NCBI GenBank assembly: GCA_026770705.1
Contig: JANJGN010000140.1
Location: forward strand, 1,116,001-1,180,000
From: Isurus oxyrinchus
Lineage: Eukaryota
Direction of reading: 5' to 3'
DNA length: 64,000 bases
Position numbers and translations under genes: made by a program. The notes beneath the pieces were generated by a model. It ran no database searches and was not told the origin of the DNA. It saw only the letters and a list, made by a program, of their open reading frames with translations. This document shows positions 25,036-38,275 of this stretch, in pieces (position 1 is the stretch's first letter; every line of letters begins with the position of its first letter).

Positions 25036-26025
25036 TGTGGATGCGAGTGCGCCTGGAACATATCATATTTAATTGCTTGCAAAAGACATTATAATTATTT
25101 ATCAGCACGTCACGATAGTTTATTGAGAACATATCTATATGCTGCCTATGCTGCCGTAAATATTTATCCATAATGCATTGTCTTGCGTGCTCTGGGAAGT
25201 AATGCGAAGCTGGCCATTCCGTTGTCAAGGCAAACACATCTTTCAAATGACTCACTGAACTTCATCCTTTCCTCCTCTGTCTCAGAATACACCAAAATCA
25301 GTTAACCTCTCTTCTCTCTCCCAGGCTTCACTCCACTTACTTACACAGACTCACAAGGGCCGGATCTGGCAGTTCCGAGGAACCAATGTTTAAATCTTTT
25401 GCTTGAGGCACATTATCACTGAAAAGATTAAGCGCCAAAACCTCATCAGGGGAAAATTCAGTTTCATACACCAGCTCACTCACTTAACCTCTCTCTTCTC
25501 TTTCTCTCAAACAGCACAAAAGCCTCGTAAAACTTTCCATTTTAGAATAACCCTTGTGGGCGATATTACTGTTTCAATTTCCCCTCTTTTCTCCCGGTGA
25601 TAACCTTCAGTCCATCTCGCCTTCATTTAATATGTTATAACCAAAATAACCTCATTTATTTAATTCTTTAAATTGGGAATGGATGTGAATGTAATACCGA
25701 GACCGGCAGCAATCTGTGTGGTTGTTCTTGATGCTGTCAGAGTGAGTTCACCCTCACAGGCAGGAAGACTGTTCACGGTGATAACATGAAACTGACGCCG
25801 GCTGTTTCATTCTCAGGTAACACAACTTCCTGTTTTTCTGCTGCCGGTTCCAAACCGCACATCTCACTTCTGAGCAGAAAATAAATCCAGGGGCCACAAT
25901 CTGGTGAGAACATCTGTCAAGGCGACCTATATCTGGCCACAGAGTTAGGGCAGAGTCACACAGATCACATTGTGATGACATTTACAAATGAGCCTGTTGT
26001 GATCTGCTTAGAGCTTCTATTGCAG

Positions 26026-26115
26026 GACATAACTGGGTGGTCTGTGGATCAGTCACTGAGCTCCCCCGGGTCCCTGAAGCCGGGAAATGAGATCTTGCTG
26101 TCTTTCAATTTTCGT
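26026..26115 (+). pseudogene. Possible 5' fragment of a TCR/Ig V exon
   Basis: Acceptor ttgcag, then DITGWSVDQSLSSPGSLKPGNEILLS(F)NF resembles FR1 with Cys replaced by Phe. It is truncated by a C-rich/(CA)n tract; no RSS. Confidence 0.3.
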
Positions 26116-26209
26116 TGTCATTCTCCACTGCCCCGCCCCCCACTCCCCCCTCCCCACCCCCCACAGCCCCTCCACACACCACCACCCCCACCACTCCATC
26201 ACCCGCCAC

Positions 26210-26257
<48 letters not shown>

Positions 26258-28199
26258 CCTGCACACACTGTCATTCGGAACTTGTTTCCTCTGTTTCTCT
26301 GCAATACTCCGTCTCCCTTTTTCATTTTAAGTCTCATTTGCTCAGTTTTATCTGTTTATCTCTCTGCATATCTCTCTCCTCCCCTCTGTGTGTCTTCAAG
26401 TAAGAGTGCTCAAAATTGTGGAAGTTTTGATAGGGTAAATAGAGAGAGAATATTTCAACTGGAAGGAGGGTCGATAACCAGGAGAGACAGATTTACTTTT
26501 TTGAAGAGGAAGACATAAGGATAATTGTTTATTTTTTTTACATGGCGAGTTGTTATGAACTGGAATGCACAGCTTGAAAGGGTGAGGGAATCTGATTTAA
26601 TAGTAACTTTGTAAAATGAATTAGATTTAACTTCGAACAGTTTAAAATTTGTTGGAATGTATGGAAGGGACCAACAGGATCGATCATCTATAGCATTGTC
26701 CTAGGGCCTTTTCTGTATCCAGATCTGTCCCTCATTGAACCCGAATAAAATACAATAATTGTACAACTTTCGTCGTGTGCTAATCCTGTCATTTGACAGT
26801 ACTTGAGTGTGTGTATCGATAATTACCAGGAATCCTTCAGAAGTTCATTACTATTTACAAATCACTACATTGAATAAAATAACATGGGATAGAACTTATT
26901 TAGTAAAAAGCACGATTATCCTTGACATTTGTGGCTCTGAATTTTCTTCTGGTGAGGTTTTGGTGTTTAATCTTTTCAGTCATCGTGTGCCTCACGCTGA
27001 AGATTTAAACATTGATTTCTACAAACTGCCGGGTCCGGCTCTTGCCTGTCTGTGTAAATGGAGAACTGTTGGTAAGAATGGGAAGGAGTAGATTATTTTC
27101 TGTTCCTCTGACAGACGCAGCATTGTCCTCTCAGATATCAGAAATCTGTGGAGTCCGCCATAATTGTCCTCCCCTTGGGTATAACAGCTCTTGGTCAGGT
27201 GCACTCAGTCACACGGGCCTCTGTCATGTTTCCATTCCGTTTTTACCACATAAATCCCTGTGTCACTCACCATAACACAGCACCCTGCGCTAAGACCATG
27301 AACACCATAGCGTCCTTACACTTTCCCTCTAGATTACAATCAGATGTTTATTAGGCTCCTGCATCCTTTTATGCAAGATTACCCGCAGCCTCTGTTAGTG
27401 ATAGACGGAGCCGGCCTCTGTGATTATCATTATACCAAAGTCCAGTCTGACCCCGGCCCGGCAGTCATATCTCCCTTCTTAACCCAAGGAGGGAGAGGTT
27501 GTTTGTATTTCTGGAGAGGGCAGGATCATCAAAGTAACAATTATGTCCCAGAAAGCCGTCCTTCGCTGGATGGAGATGTAAGAAAATAATGGATAATTTG
27601 ACAGAAAGGCGTGCATATAAACTATCACCGTGAGCATTGGCCTACACATGCTGTCGAGTCCCTGGACTGGGGCTTGAACATTCAGCCTTCTGAGAGGGGT
27701 GAGAGTGCCACAGAATTGTCAATGCTCACACGATCTGCTCCGAGGTCGAATTCCATTAGTAAAAAGATGCTGCAGATGCTAGAAATCTAAAATAAAAACA
27801 GAAGATACTGGAAAAACTCCACAGGCTTTCAGAACGTGGAGAATCTGTTTGTTTTTTTTTGCCTTCGTGCTCTTGGAGAAAGATGTGGAGAGGGAGGAGA
27901 ATTCTGGAGGCGTATTAAAAATCTGCTTGGAGTCGCACGAACTCTCCTTCCATGGCCAACAAATCCTGGAGTGGAGTTTGAACCAAGGTCTTACAACTCA
28001 GAAACAGGACTGTTACCAAATGTTCCACTCTGGTGCAGAGCAGCTTTCCAGAGAAACAGAGTGAGTTTTCAAGTCCATGTACGGTATCGATGTAAACCAT
28101 TAATTCTGTTTGTCTCCTCAGATTCTGCCTGTCCTGCAGAGCAATTGCAGCATTTGCTGCAATTACACTTGACCGTGTCAGTGTCATTACGCTAACTCC

Positions 28200-30810
28200 A
28201 TCCTATTCATATTGCAATGGGGCTTGACTCTGTTATCAGACATTAGACAAAATATTTACCCTCATATCAATAGGCACTGACACACACAGGCAAACACACG
28301 CAAACACACACACACACAGACAGACACACTCATTTATATCAGACCCAATTTGGATGTGGGTGCACGAGATACTGACTGTGTCATCAGAGTGGACCCAGTG
28401 ACGCCTTCAGTAATACCCTGCAGACTGGATCTGTTATACTTGCATCAAACACTATATTTGTTTTACTTAACTCTGCTGTTATTAATCTATTCCATGTGTC
28501 GATTCTCATTGTCTAAGTCGCTGCATCTGTAATGGTGACACTAGGAGCCTTCCCGTTATTCAATTTCTAGTGCAAACCTGTATTATTATTACTGAAAACC
28601 TTGTTCCTGTCAGTTTTCAATCGACCCTGTTTCTAGTATTGATAAGTTATCCCTGTCCCAGTTAGTGTTCCACTATGACGTCTTTCTTTTATTATTGCAC
28701 AAAGTATTTTTTCTATTATGATTATACAAAGACTTGCTTATTCAAATATTCTACCAGATCCCGTCTCACTTATTCCTGGACTAGCCCATATCTCTGCTTA
28801 TCTTACTCCCAGGACCCGTTCGTGTCATCCTGCATTTTCCCATGTCTCTGTCTGTATTAGGCTAGTTCCTGTGTCTCTAATTATTGAACGTGCCCATATC
28901 TCTTTTTCTAACACACCGGTTTCTGTTACTGTTGTTATTGTAGTAGTCCACATTTAGCTTTATATTACACGAGATCCCATCTCTGTTATTACTGAATTAG
29001 TCCACATCTGTTCATATTTCACCAGTAATATCTCTCCTATTGTTACGCTAACTGATGTCTCTAGTTGTATTACAGCAGAGCTTGTCTCTATCATTACAAC
29101 ACTAGTCCATATTTCGGTTTTATTATAACAGGTCCGGTCCCTGTTATTGCTCCAGCAGGCTCTGTCTCATTTTCGATAAGATTACATAGAATATGCAGGC
29201 TAGGGGCTGGCAAATCAGTCCAAAAAATATTAACGTGGTTGGGTTGGAATTTGTTGAAGATAACAGTTCTAACTCTAGATACAGAGATAGTGAAAGTTCT
29301 CTGGAGAGCAGCAGGTGCTTCAATCCTTTCCATCAATAGGAATAATAAGCCGGAGAGTTATAAACGTATTGTTCTCATATCAACACCACTTTTTCAACAA
29401 GAGCACACAACAGAATGGTTACCAACAAATTATTACAGTGTTAAACTATCTACAATTAAAATACATGAACTGTTTGTGTTTTAACACATTCACTGAAGGC
29501 GGGATGGGCTGAAGATTATCACTGAGAGAAATGAAGGAGAATTGTTTAAAAAATGGTTTTTCTAAATAGATTTATTAGAAAATAAGAGATTTAAAATAAA
29601 CAGGGGAATGTCTCACAGAGAGGGAGAGAGAAAGAGGAAGAGGAAGAGAGCATTGAGAGAGAGAGAGAACAAAGTGGTTCAGTGAATTATCCGCTTTCTC
29701 AGACAGAAAGAAGAGGGAGATTTAGCAAGTTTTCTGACAAACATGCCCGCCTCAGCAACGGAATGACCAATATGACACGAATTTCTAAACAAGAATACAT
29801 AACAGAAAATGATCAATAAAAACTTTCGGTATTAAAAGATATGCAGTTACAGTTTGAAGAAGAGAAAGTAAAACGCTGAAACATTCTGGTGAAGATAAAT
29901 CTTATATATTGTGGAATGACAGTGGAAGCGTGAAAATGATTTGTTTCTATACAAACACACAGAACAGGCGATATCTGAAATGTAATTCCATTGACGCACT
30001 GAAACTGAATATCAGGTGCTGCGCAGAACAGACGGTCACTCCGATACTGCCCGTTTTAGGCCAAAGCCACAGGGCCAATTACGAGCACAACATCTTACTT
30101 ATAATATTATCTGTCCATTTAACAGGGGCATAGACTAATACAGTAATAACAGAGACTGGGTGTAGTGTAATATAAGCAGAGATATGGGCCAGTGCAGTCA
30201 TAACAGAAACAGGGGCCAGTGTTATTTTAACAGATACGGGGCCCAGTGTAGCTTTAACTGATTTAGGAAATTGTGTGATATAAACTGAGACAGAGCCTAG
30301 TGCAGTAATTACCAACAAAGGTCCTGGGTTAATATAAACAGAGATGTGGACATGTACAGCAGTGAGAGAGACATGTTATAGCACAACAATAACTGACACA
30401 GGGTATCGTGTGATATAAACAGAGACATAGATTGATGCAGCATTAGCTGAGACATCCTCTAGTTTATTATAAATTTGGCAGGGATTCCCGTATTAATAAC
30501 TCAGACAGGGCCTCCTGAAATGCAAACAGGAACATGTTCTGGTTTAGTATAAGTAGAGAGAAATGCTAATGCAGCAACAATTGAAACATGGAATATTGCC
30601 ATATTAGCCAAGACATGGTTCAATACAGTCATAACTGACAGAATGCCTTGTGTAATATGGCCTTGGTCCAGTATATTAACAATTGAGATTGAGCCTTTTA
30701 CAGAAACAACTGAGACGCAGCCTGCTGTCTAATGATCAGGGACATGAATTGGTGTAATATAAATAGACACCGGACCTTGTTCAGCATGAACAGAGACAAG
30801 GTACGGTGCA
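28200..30810. repeat. Old degenerate 27-bp repeat arrays, + (~28200-29180) and inverted (~30120-30810)
   Basis: Units such as ctagtccatatctctgtttatattaca on + and tgtaatataagcagagatatgggccag on the reverse strand (ORF 30079-30318 TLGPVSVKITLAPVSV). Confidence 0.7.
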
Positions 30811-30999
30811 GAACTGATTGAGACAATGCACACTTCAGGTAATGTCAGCAATCACGGTTTCACTGCCAACCTACTGGACACACTCTGCTATTGCAGATGC
30901 TGTCAATGCCGAATTCAGTTACTGTTTTAGATATTAACCACAGAACTACATAATTCCTGTATGTGCTGTGCTAATCACCTAGTGTCGCTCTTTTCCTCG

Positions 31000-31680
31000 T
31001 AGCGCAGCAATATTTTGTCTTTTCAGATAATAATCTATTTCTTTTTTGAAAGCATTAATTGATCCTGCCTCCATCATATTTTCATGCAGTTAATTCCAGA
31101 TCCAAATCACCCACAGTGTGAAAAGGGTTTTCCCCTCGCCGGATTGTTTCCTCTCCCAATTACCTTAAACCGGTGTCTTCTGGTTCTCCATTCTTGCGCC
31201 AAATGGAACAATTTGCCCCTGCCTAGTCTGTGAAGGACCCCGCCCCCCCTCCCCCCCAACCCCCCCACCCCCCCCCCCCCCCCCCCGATTTTGAAGACCT
31301 GTATCAAATTTCCTTTCAATCTTCCCTTCTTCAAGGAGGTTCGTGCCAAATTCTACAATCTATTCACGTAAATAAAGTTGCTCCTCCCTGCAACAATGTC
31401 CAGGAGACGTTTCTGAAACCCTCTCTAATGCCTTTCAATTCCTCATGAGGTGTTGTGCTTGGTCTAGAATGCAAAACTCTTTGGTACTCTTCCAGCAACT
31501 ACAGACCAGTTAGTTTAGTTCGCTAGTGGGGAAAATTCCAGAAACAATAATGCAGGACAAAATTATAGTTACATGGACAAATGCAGTTAATTAAGGAAAG
31601 CCAGCATGGATTTGTTCAGGGGAAATAATGTTTAAGTAACTTGTTGGAGTCTTTTGAAGAGATAACAGGGAAAGAACAGA
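31000..31680. mobile_element. CR1 fragments (minus 31000-31480, plus 31500-31680)
   Basis: SLKKGRLKGNLIQVFKI...RTRRHRFKV on minus; NYRPVSL...IKESQHGFVQGK on plus. Confidence 0.75.
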
Positions 31681-31684
31681 GAAA

Positions 31685-34120
31685 GAACGGCAATATATTT
31701 CCCGGTCAGAATGGTTTGTGGCTCGGAGGGGAACTTCCAGGTGGTGGTGTCCCCATCTATCGGCTGACCTTGCCCTTCTAGATGGTATTGGTCATGGGTT
31801 TCGAAGATGTTGCCTATGGAGGCTTGATGAATTCTCCACTGCATCTTGAAGATGGTACACACTGCTGCAAATGTGCATCCGTAGTCGAGGGAGTGAATGT
31901 TTGTGGGCGAGTTGTCAATCAAACCGGCTGCATTGCCTTGGGTAGTGTCAAGCTTTTTGAGTGTTGTTGGAGCTGCACTCACCCAGGTAAGTGGAGTGTA
32001 CGCCAGCACACTCCTGACGTGTGCCTTGTAGATGGTGGACAGGCCTTGAGGAGTCGGGAGGTGAGTTACTCGTCGCAGGATTCCTCGCCTCTGACCTGCT
32101 CTTGTAGCTGCAATATTTATATGGTTAGCCCAGCTCAGTTTCTGGTCAATGGCAACCCCCAGGTACTTGATAGTGGGGGATTCAGCGTTAGTAACGCCAT
32201 TGAATGTCAAGGGACGATAGTTAGATTCTATTCTGTTGGAGTTGGTCATTGTCTGGCACTTGTGTGGCGTGAATGTGACTTGCCACTTCTCAGCCCGAGC
32301 CTGGATATTGTTCAGCCCTTGCTGCATTTGGAAACGGACTGATTCAGTATCTGATGAGTCGTGGATGGTGCTGAACCTTGAGCAAAGATCAGAAAGCATC
32401 CCTACATCTGACGTTAAGATGGAAGGAAGGTCATTGATGAAGCAGCTGAAGATGGTCGGGCCAGGACACTACCTTGAGGAACTGATGTCCTGGGGCTGAG
32501 ATGACTGACTTCCAACAACCATAACCATCTTCCTTTGTACTAGGTATGACTCCAAACAGCGGAGAGTTTTCCCACTGATTCCCATTATTCCAGTTTTGCT
32601 AGGGCTTCTTGATGCCATACTGCCAAATTCGGCCTGGATGTCAAAGGCAGTCACTTTCACCTAACATCTCGAGTCCATCTCTTTGTCCAAGTTTGAACCA
32701 AGGCTGTAATGCTGTCACGGACTGAGTGACCTTGATGGAATCCAAAATGAGCGCAGTGAGCAGGTTATTGCCAAGTAAATACCGCTTGATAGCACTGTTG
32801 ATGGCTCCTTCTATCACTTCACTGATGTTCGAGAGTAGACTGATGGAGCAGAAATTGGCCGGGTTGGGCTTGCCCTGCTTTTTGTGTACAGGACGTACTT
32901 GGGCAATTTTCCACATATCCAGGTAAATGCTAGTGTTGTAACTGTACTGGAACAACCTGGCTAGGGGCGCAGCAAGTTCTGGAGCCCAAGTCTTCAGTGC
33001 TATTGCCAGAATATTGTCAGGACCCATTGCCTTTGCAGCAACCAGTGCCTTCAGCCATTTCTTGATATCACGTGGACTGAATCGAATTGGGTGAAAACTG
33101 GCATCATTGAAGCTGGGGACCTCCGGAGGAGGCCGAGATGGATCATCCACTCAGCACTTCTGGCTGAAGATTATTGCGAATGCTTCAGTCTTATCTTTTG
33201 CACTGCTATACTGGGCTCCCTCATCATTGGGGATTGGGATATTTCTGGACCAACCCCCTCCAGTGAGTTGTTTAATTTTCCACCACCATTCACTACTGGA
33301 TGTGGCAGGGCTGCAGAGCTTCGACCAGACCCGTTGGTTGTGGGAATGCTAGGCTCCGTCTATCACTTGCTGTTTATGCTATTTTGCACGCCAGTAGTCC
33401 TGTGTTATAGCTTCACCAGGTTAACACCTCATTTTTAGGTATTCCTGTTGCTGCTTCTGACATGCCCTCCTGCACTCTTCATTCAACCGGGGTTGTTCCC
33501 TTGGCTTCTTGTTAATAGTAGAGTAGGGGATATGCCGGGCCACGATGTTACAGATTGTGTTCGAGTACAATTCTGCTGCTGCTGATTGTCCCCAGTGCCT
33601 CATGGTTGCCCAGCCTTGAGTTGCTAGATCTGTTTGCAATCTATCCCATTTAGCAAGGCGGGAGTGCCACAAAACACAATGGACGATATCTTCAGTGTGA
33701 AGATGGGTCTTCGTCTCCACAAAGACCGTGTGGTGGTCACTCCTACAAATACTGTCATGGACAGATGCATCTGCGGCACGCAGGTTGTTGAGGATGGGGT
33801 CAAGTATCTTTCCCCCCCCCCCCCCTTGTTGTTTCCCTCACCACCTGCCGCAGACCCAGTCTAGCAGCTATGTCCTCTAGGAATCGACCAGCTCGGTCAG
33901 TAGTGGTGTTGCCGAGCCACTCTTGGTGATGGGACATTGAAGTCCCCACCCAGAGTACATTCAGCGCCTTTGCCATTCTCATTGCTTCCTCCAAGTGGTG
34001 TTCAACATGGAGCAGCACTGATTCATCAGCTGAGGGAGGGCCGTACGTCGTAATCAGCAGGAGGTTTCCTTCCCCATGATTGGACAGATGCCTTGAGACT
34101 TCATGGGGTCCGGAGTCCGG
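31685..34120 (-). mobile_element. CR1/L2-group LINE ORF2 remnant (APE endonuclease end plus RT), adjoining the truncated V exon
   Basis: GNLLLITTYGPPSADESVLLHVEHHLEEA; KAMGPDNILAIALKTWAPELAAPLARLFQYSY...PVHKK...PANF.SISLLS; WQVTFTPHKCQ...KYLGVAIDQKLSW. Confidence 0.9.
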
Positions 34121-34121
34121 A

Positions 34122-34459
34122 CCCGGGGGCATGGCTGCATAGAATATGAGGCATCAGTGGTCAAATAGCTGTAAGTAATGATCACCGAATCTCCTTCAAC
34201 TGCAGCGCTGTAACCGGCTCCTGTGAGATTGAATTTGTACCACCAACACCTGCGGGAATTTAGAGATGCAGAACGTTAAGATTGCATTATCATTTTATTC
34301 TATCTAATAAAATCAGGTGACGGAACATGCTGCAACTTGAAAGAGAGAACAGTGAAATTAACTTTAAGATCTATGCAAGAGGAAGGTTGTGCAACTTGTG
34401 GACTTACTGGGTAAGAGAGCTACAGCTGTGAGAAATGGATAAAAAGTAAAACCAATATA
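34122..34459 (-). pseudogene. TRAV/TRDV: TCR alpha/delta-like V pseudogene, family A (left arm); start lost, 3' half replaced by LINE
   Basis: Leader (Y)IGFTFYPFLTAVALLP|gtaagt at 34459-34408. Exon from 34249 reads SVGGTNSISQEPVTALQ-EGDSVIITYSYLTTDASYSMQ with a 1-nt deletion. Paralogous to 39436-39877. Confidence 0.8.
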
Positions 34460-34994
34460 TTTGCAACGAGCTGATGGTGGGTTTAAACAGAACGGACTGA
34501 ATCTGTAATTGTTTCAGTCTCGAGTTGGGAACGGGCTCATGCAGATCTGGTCTCTCCAGCGATTGGTTCATTCCTGAGCGAGGCAACAAGTGATGTCCAA
34601 TAAGCTCCACCGTATTTTGTTCTCCAATTCATCCAATCAACTCACAGATCCTTTGTTCTCCAATTCATAACGTCAGAGAGGATGCAGCGAATCAGTGTAG
34701 ATGACACGATCCGAGACGAGGACTGAACCCAATTTTGGCTCTTTAATAGGGTCATTGTGTGAGGTGGTGACAGTGAGGGGAAAGAACTAATGCTGTTCTT
34801 GTACCAATGCCAGCGAGCCACATTCAAAGACCTGCCCACTGACCATGGGAATCAACCACAGCTGATATTGAGAGGAATAGTACATAGAATTATATAGGGT
34901 CTGCAACACATAAATATGCCACTATCCTAAATTAATCTTTAGCACTATTAACAGTTAACAATCCAGATGCTAACAGTGATCTGTGAGAGAAGTT

Positions 34995-35408
34995 GGTTTT
35001 TTATGGCCTAACTGTGCCTCTGTAACAGTGTGGCATTCAGTCCATGTGACACACGGCAGAGACAGAGACAGTCAAGGGAATAGTTTTCTTGTATTTTTCC
35101 AAATCAGCAGAAAACCGCTCTGGGAGATCTGGAGGCTTAGCCTCTTGCGCCAGCCTGTATTTCCCCAGTAAATATCTCGGAGCTCCAGGACATCCCAGTG
35201 GAGATAGTGAATGCCATGGGACGTGGAGTAACTGCAGCTTCGTATCAGGATCTTTTCTTCATGCAGTGTTAAGCATGAAGGCGAACCCTGAGATTCTGAA
35301 TCTTAGTCACTCGTTGCGGCAAAATAAAGAATGTTTCAAAAACTGATCACCTAAACATAGACTCACCAGGTACCACATTGCTACCAGTGAGGAACATGGT
35401 GAACGCAT
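34995..35408 (-). pseudogene. TRAV/TRDV: TCR alpha/delta-like V pseudogene, family C (left arm), with 23-RSS
   Basis: Leader ATG 35408 to donor GTGAGT at 35366. Body DSESQGSPS...LIRSCSYSTSHGIHYLHW / PGAPRYLLGKY...PDLPERFSADLEKYKKTIPLTVS / SAV. RSS is CACACTG(35032-26), 23 nt, A-AAAAACC. Confidence 0.85.
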
Positions 35409-36399
35409 GGTGTCTTGTTTAAGCTATGATAGAAATGAACAGAATGTTTTATCTATGTTGACATTTCTGGTCCGATATTAAGGAGCAAATTCAGCGAAGG
35501 GGGAGATTTCGCTTGTAGTGGGAATTCTGGGCGTTTCTCTTTGACACGATTGTCTGGCCCCTCAGAGCTGACAGCAGATGTATGCCAAGCGGCGCTGGCT
35601 GTGAGCCAATGACTGAAGTCTCCTGTCCAACATTTTCCTTGTCTGGCTGTGTGAGCGATTCTGTCTGTCAGTCTGTCTGTCTGTCTCTCAGCCTCTCTCT
35701 CTCTTCCTCTCTTTCCCTTGGTGCTCCTGCGTCAATCTATCTGCTTAATCCGGCGTTTTCCTCTCTTTGCCTTTTCGTCTGCACCTTTCATCTTGTTCCT
35801 ACTCCTTTCCCGCCTCTGCCCCTCTCTCTTTATCTCTCTGTCCTGATCTCATACACTTTGCTTAACTCATTGTCTTTCTCTTTCCATCTCTCTCTACACC
35901 TATGCATTCCAGTGATCTCCCTTTTATCCCGGTCTCACGCTGCCTATTTCTCCCTCCCTCTCTCTATATCCGCCCCTTCTAACGCTCACCCCTCTCCCTA
36001 ACAATTTCAGTGGAAAATAATGAAACGCAATTCATTCCCTGTCATCACTGTCAAAGTCAATAATCTCCATTACTAGTCACAGCCAAAAGAGCCCAGAGAC
36101 ATGATGAAGTGAACATAGCTGCACTGGTGAAATAGCAATTAAAAATATGACCTGAAGAGTCTACAGAACACCCAGAACACTTACGACAACAGTTGGCTCG
36201 GGTATTCATTCAGAAGTCCATAATTCTGTGCATGGAAGTGGAAATTTCTAAATTTGGCCATAACTTAAAATGATTGAGAAATTTCAATTTCTCTAAATCT
36301 GAGAGCAGTGATTTCAAGCTGGCGGATCACAATCAGATCAGGATGTATTTCTTCATTCATTTTTCTGTGTAAATTCCCGGGGAATCTTCTGATCCGATT

Positions 36400-36607
36400 T
36401 CTTGTTCTTTCTCAGGCAATGAATCTCCATCACTCATCTCTGAAAATAAACAACGGACACACAGCAGGTTAGGTGAAGTGACAGAAAGAGACGAATCTCC
36501 CAGAGATGGAATTGGGAAATTATACAAAGATGGGAGAAAATTATAGGAAGTGCCCAATATCACCGACTAGTGATCGAGACAATAACCAAAGCCAGGCAGA
36601 GTTTCAT
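36400..36607 (-). pseudogene. TRAV/TRDV: TCR V pseudogene, family B (left arm): leader, intron and first codons only
   Basis: MKLCLALVIVSIT|gtcggt at 36607-36568. The intron end ccgttgtttattttcag matches 37910-37926, and the exon start AG ATG AGT GAT GGA GAT TCA parallels ETRTGDS. Confidence 0.7.
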
Positions 36608-37714
36608 CTCCTTGGCTCAAGTCTGAACTTCAGAATCAGATATTTTGATCATTGGGGTAAAAAAATGAAACAGCGCCGAGATCACAGCAGGTCAGCGGGA
36701 ATTTCTTCCCCATTTGTATCTCCCTGAACAACTACTTCATGTAGCACGGGAACATGGTCGCGATCACATGATCAGAGAGCACCCTCAGCTGAACAACACA
36801 CCCTCGCGGAGCCGCATAGTCACATTCCCATAAAACCTCAGTTACAGAAATGCATGCACAAACAGATAACCACAGTAGGTAAAAGCACAAGATGGATGTG
36901 TTTTTATATTTGTATTTCACTGTCTCTGTTTCCAAGTCTGCATTATCTGTTTTGTGTCAATCACCCTGTTTATTTGTCTGCCTATGTTGGTGATTTTCAA
37001 TATGTGGGCCCATGGTGAATTAGATCTGTTTGTGTGTCTATGACTGTGTTTATCTGCCTGTTTCTATCTTTGTGTTAATCCACATCTGCGTCTGCATTGG
37101 AGTGGATCTGTTTTGTGTCAGTAACTGTGTTTACCTGTCTGTCCGCCTATTTCTCTGAATCGGCACGTTTGATTCTGTGTGCTGTACGAGGTTTGTAGTG
37201 AACACGGGAGACGCGCTCTGATCAAGAATTCTGATTTTCGTCGTAACCAGCTCAGCCGAATTTCCATCAAAAACCTCAAAAACATAACTGGCTTTATGTT
37301 GGCTCACTTTTAATGTTATGACTGCGCTTGGACATATGCCTAGATGTTCATGTGTATCCGTGCGTGTATACCTGTGTAAATATGTCCGTGTGTTCATACG
37401 TCTGGATGTTCATGTATGTCCCTGTGTGTATATTCCTGTGTGTTTATATTTCTCGATGTTTATGTGACTGTGCACGTGGTCCTATTGTTTTTTTCAAAGC
37501 TGTTGTGCTGTCTACGGGAGGGCGCACTCTGGTCAGCTGCTAAAGATCACGGTTCCTTTCAACAGGAAGTAGCTGCTTGAAGATATGAAAATTGGCAGAG
37601 TGAAGAAATCCCAGCCGATCGCATATCATGCCACTGGCTCTTTCAATTTCTCCCATTCCAGGTCTGGTACAGACGGTGATCGCTGTTGCTGTTTCTGGAG
37701 ATCAGACTGGAACC

Positions 37715-38275
37715 ATGGGGGTGGAACTGTCTTTTTTTATTCATGTACGAGGTGTGGGCTTCGCTGGCTGGGCCAGCTTTTATTCCTTATTCCCAGTTGC
37801 TCTGACTATGGTTATGTTCCTGATCACAGGCCAGTACGCGATCCTTGTGCAATTTCCCATCTCCGGATGATAATTCTCTTTCTAATGCTCCTTCTAATCC
37901 GCTGTGTAGCCGCTGTTTATTTTCAGAGACGAGAACTGGAGACTCAGGTTCCCAGCCAGAACAATGTTGCGAAGCAGGAGAGGGCGAAGGTTCAGCAATA
38001 ACCTGCAAGTTACTCTGTATCGAGTTGAGCTACACAGCATAACCTGTTCTGATATCGCCAGGTTCCACAGCAAACTCCTCAGTATCTGATCAGAGCCGAT
38101 ATTTACGGGTATAACGATACGGCTCTGGATTTAAACACTCCAACGGGAACCTCAACCCGCCAGGAAGCACTTTTCACTTGTTCATGAAAGAGCTGAAGAT
38201 GACAGACAGCTCCGTGCATTATTGCGCGCTGGGGCCCACAGGGACTGAGTGTCTCGTGGGTCTCATCCAGAAACT
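37715..38275 (+). pseudogene. TRAV/TRDV: TCR alpha/delta-like V pseudogene, family B (right arm), with 23-RSS
   Basis: Leader 37715-37829 carries a retro insert. Exon from 37927 reads ETRTGDSGSQPEQ..EGEGSAITC / SYSVS...LF*YRQVPQQTPQYLI / STFHLFMKELKMTDSSVHYCAL. RSS is CACAGGG(38237-43), 23 nt, CCAGAAACT(38267-75). Confidence 0.9.

Noticed and set aside
24917-26518. ORFs rich in HT/VC/P repeats
   Set aside because: These are translations of (CA)n/(TG)n and C-rich microsatellites.
27020-27180. Leader-intron-exon-like pattern (ALACL|YAALSSQIS)
   Set aside because: No start codon, Cys/Trp framework or RSS can be traced.
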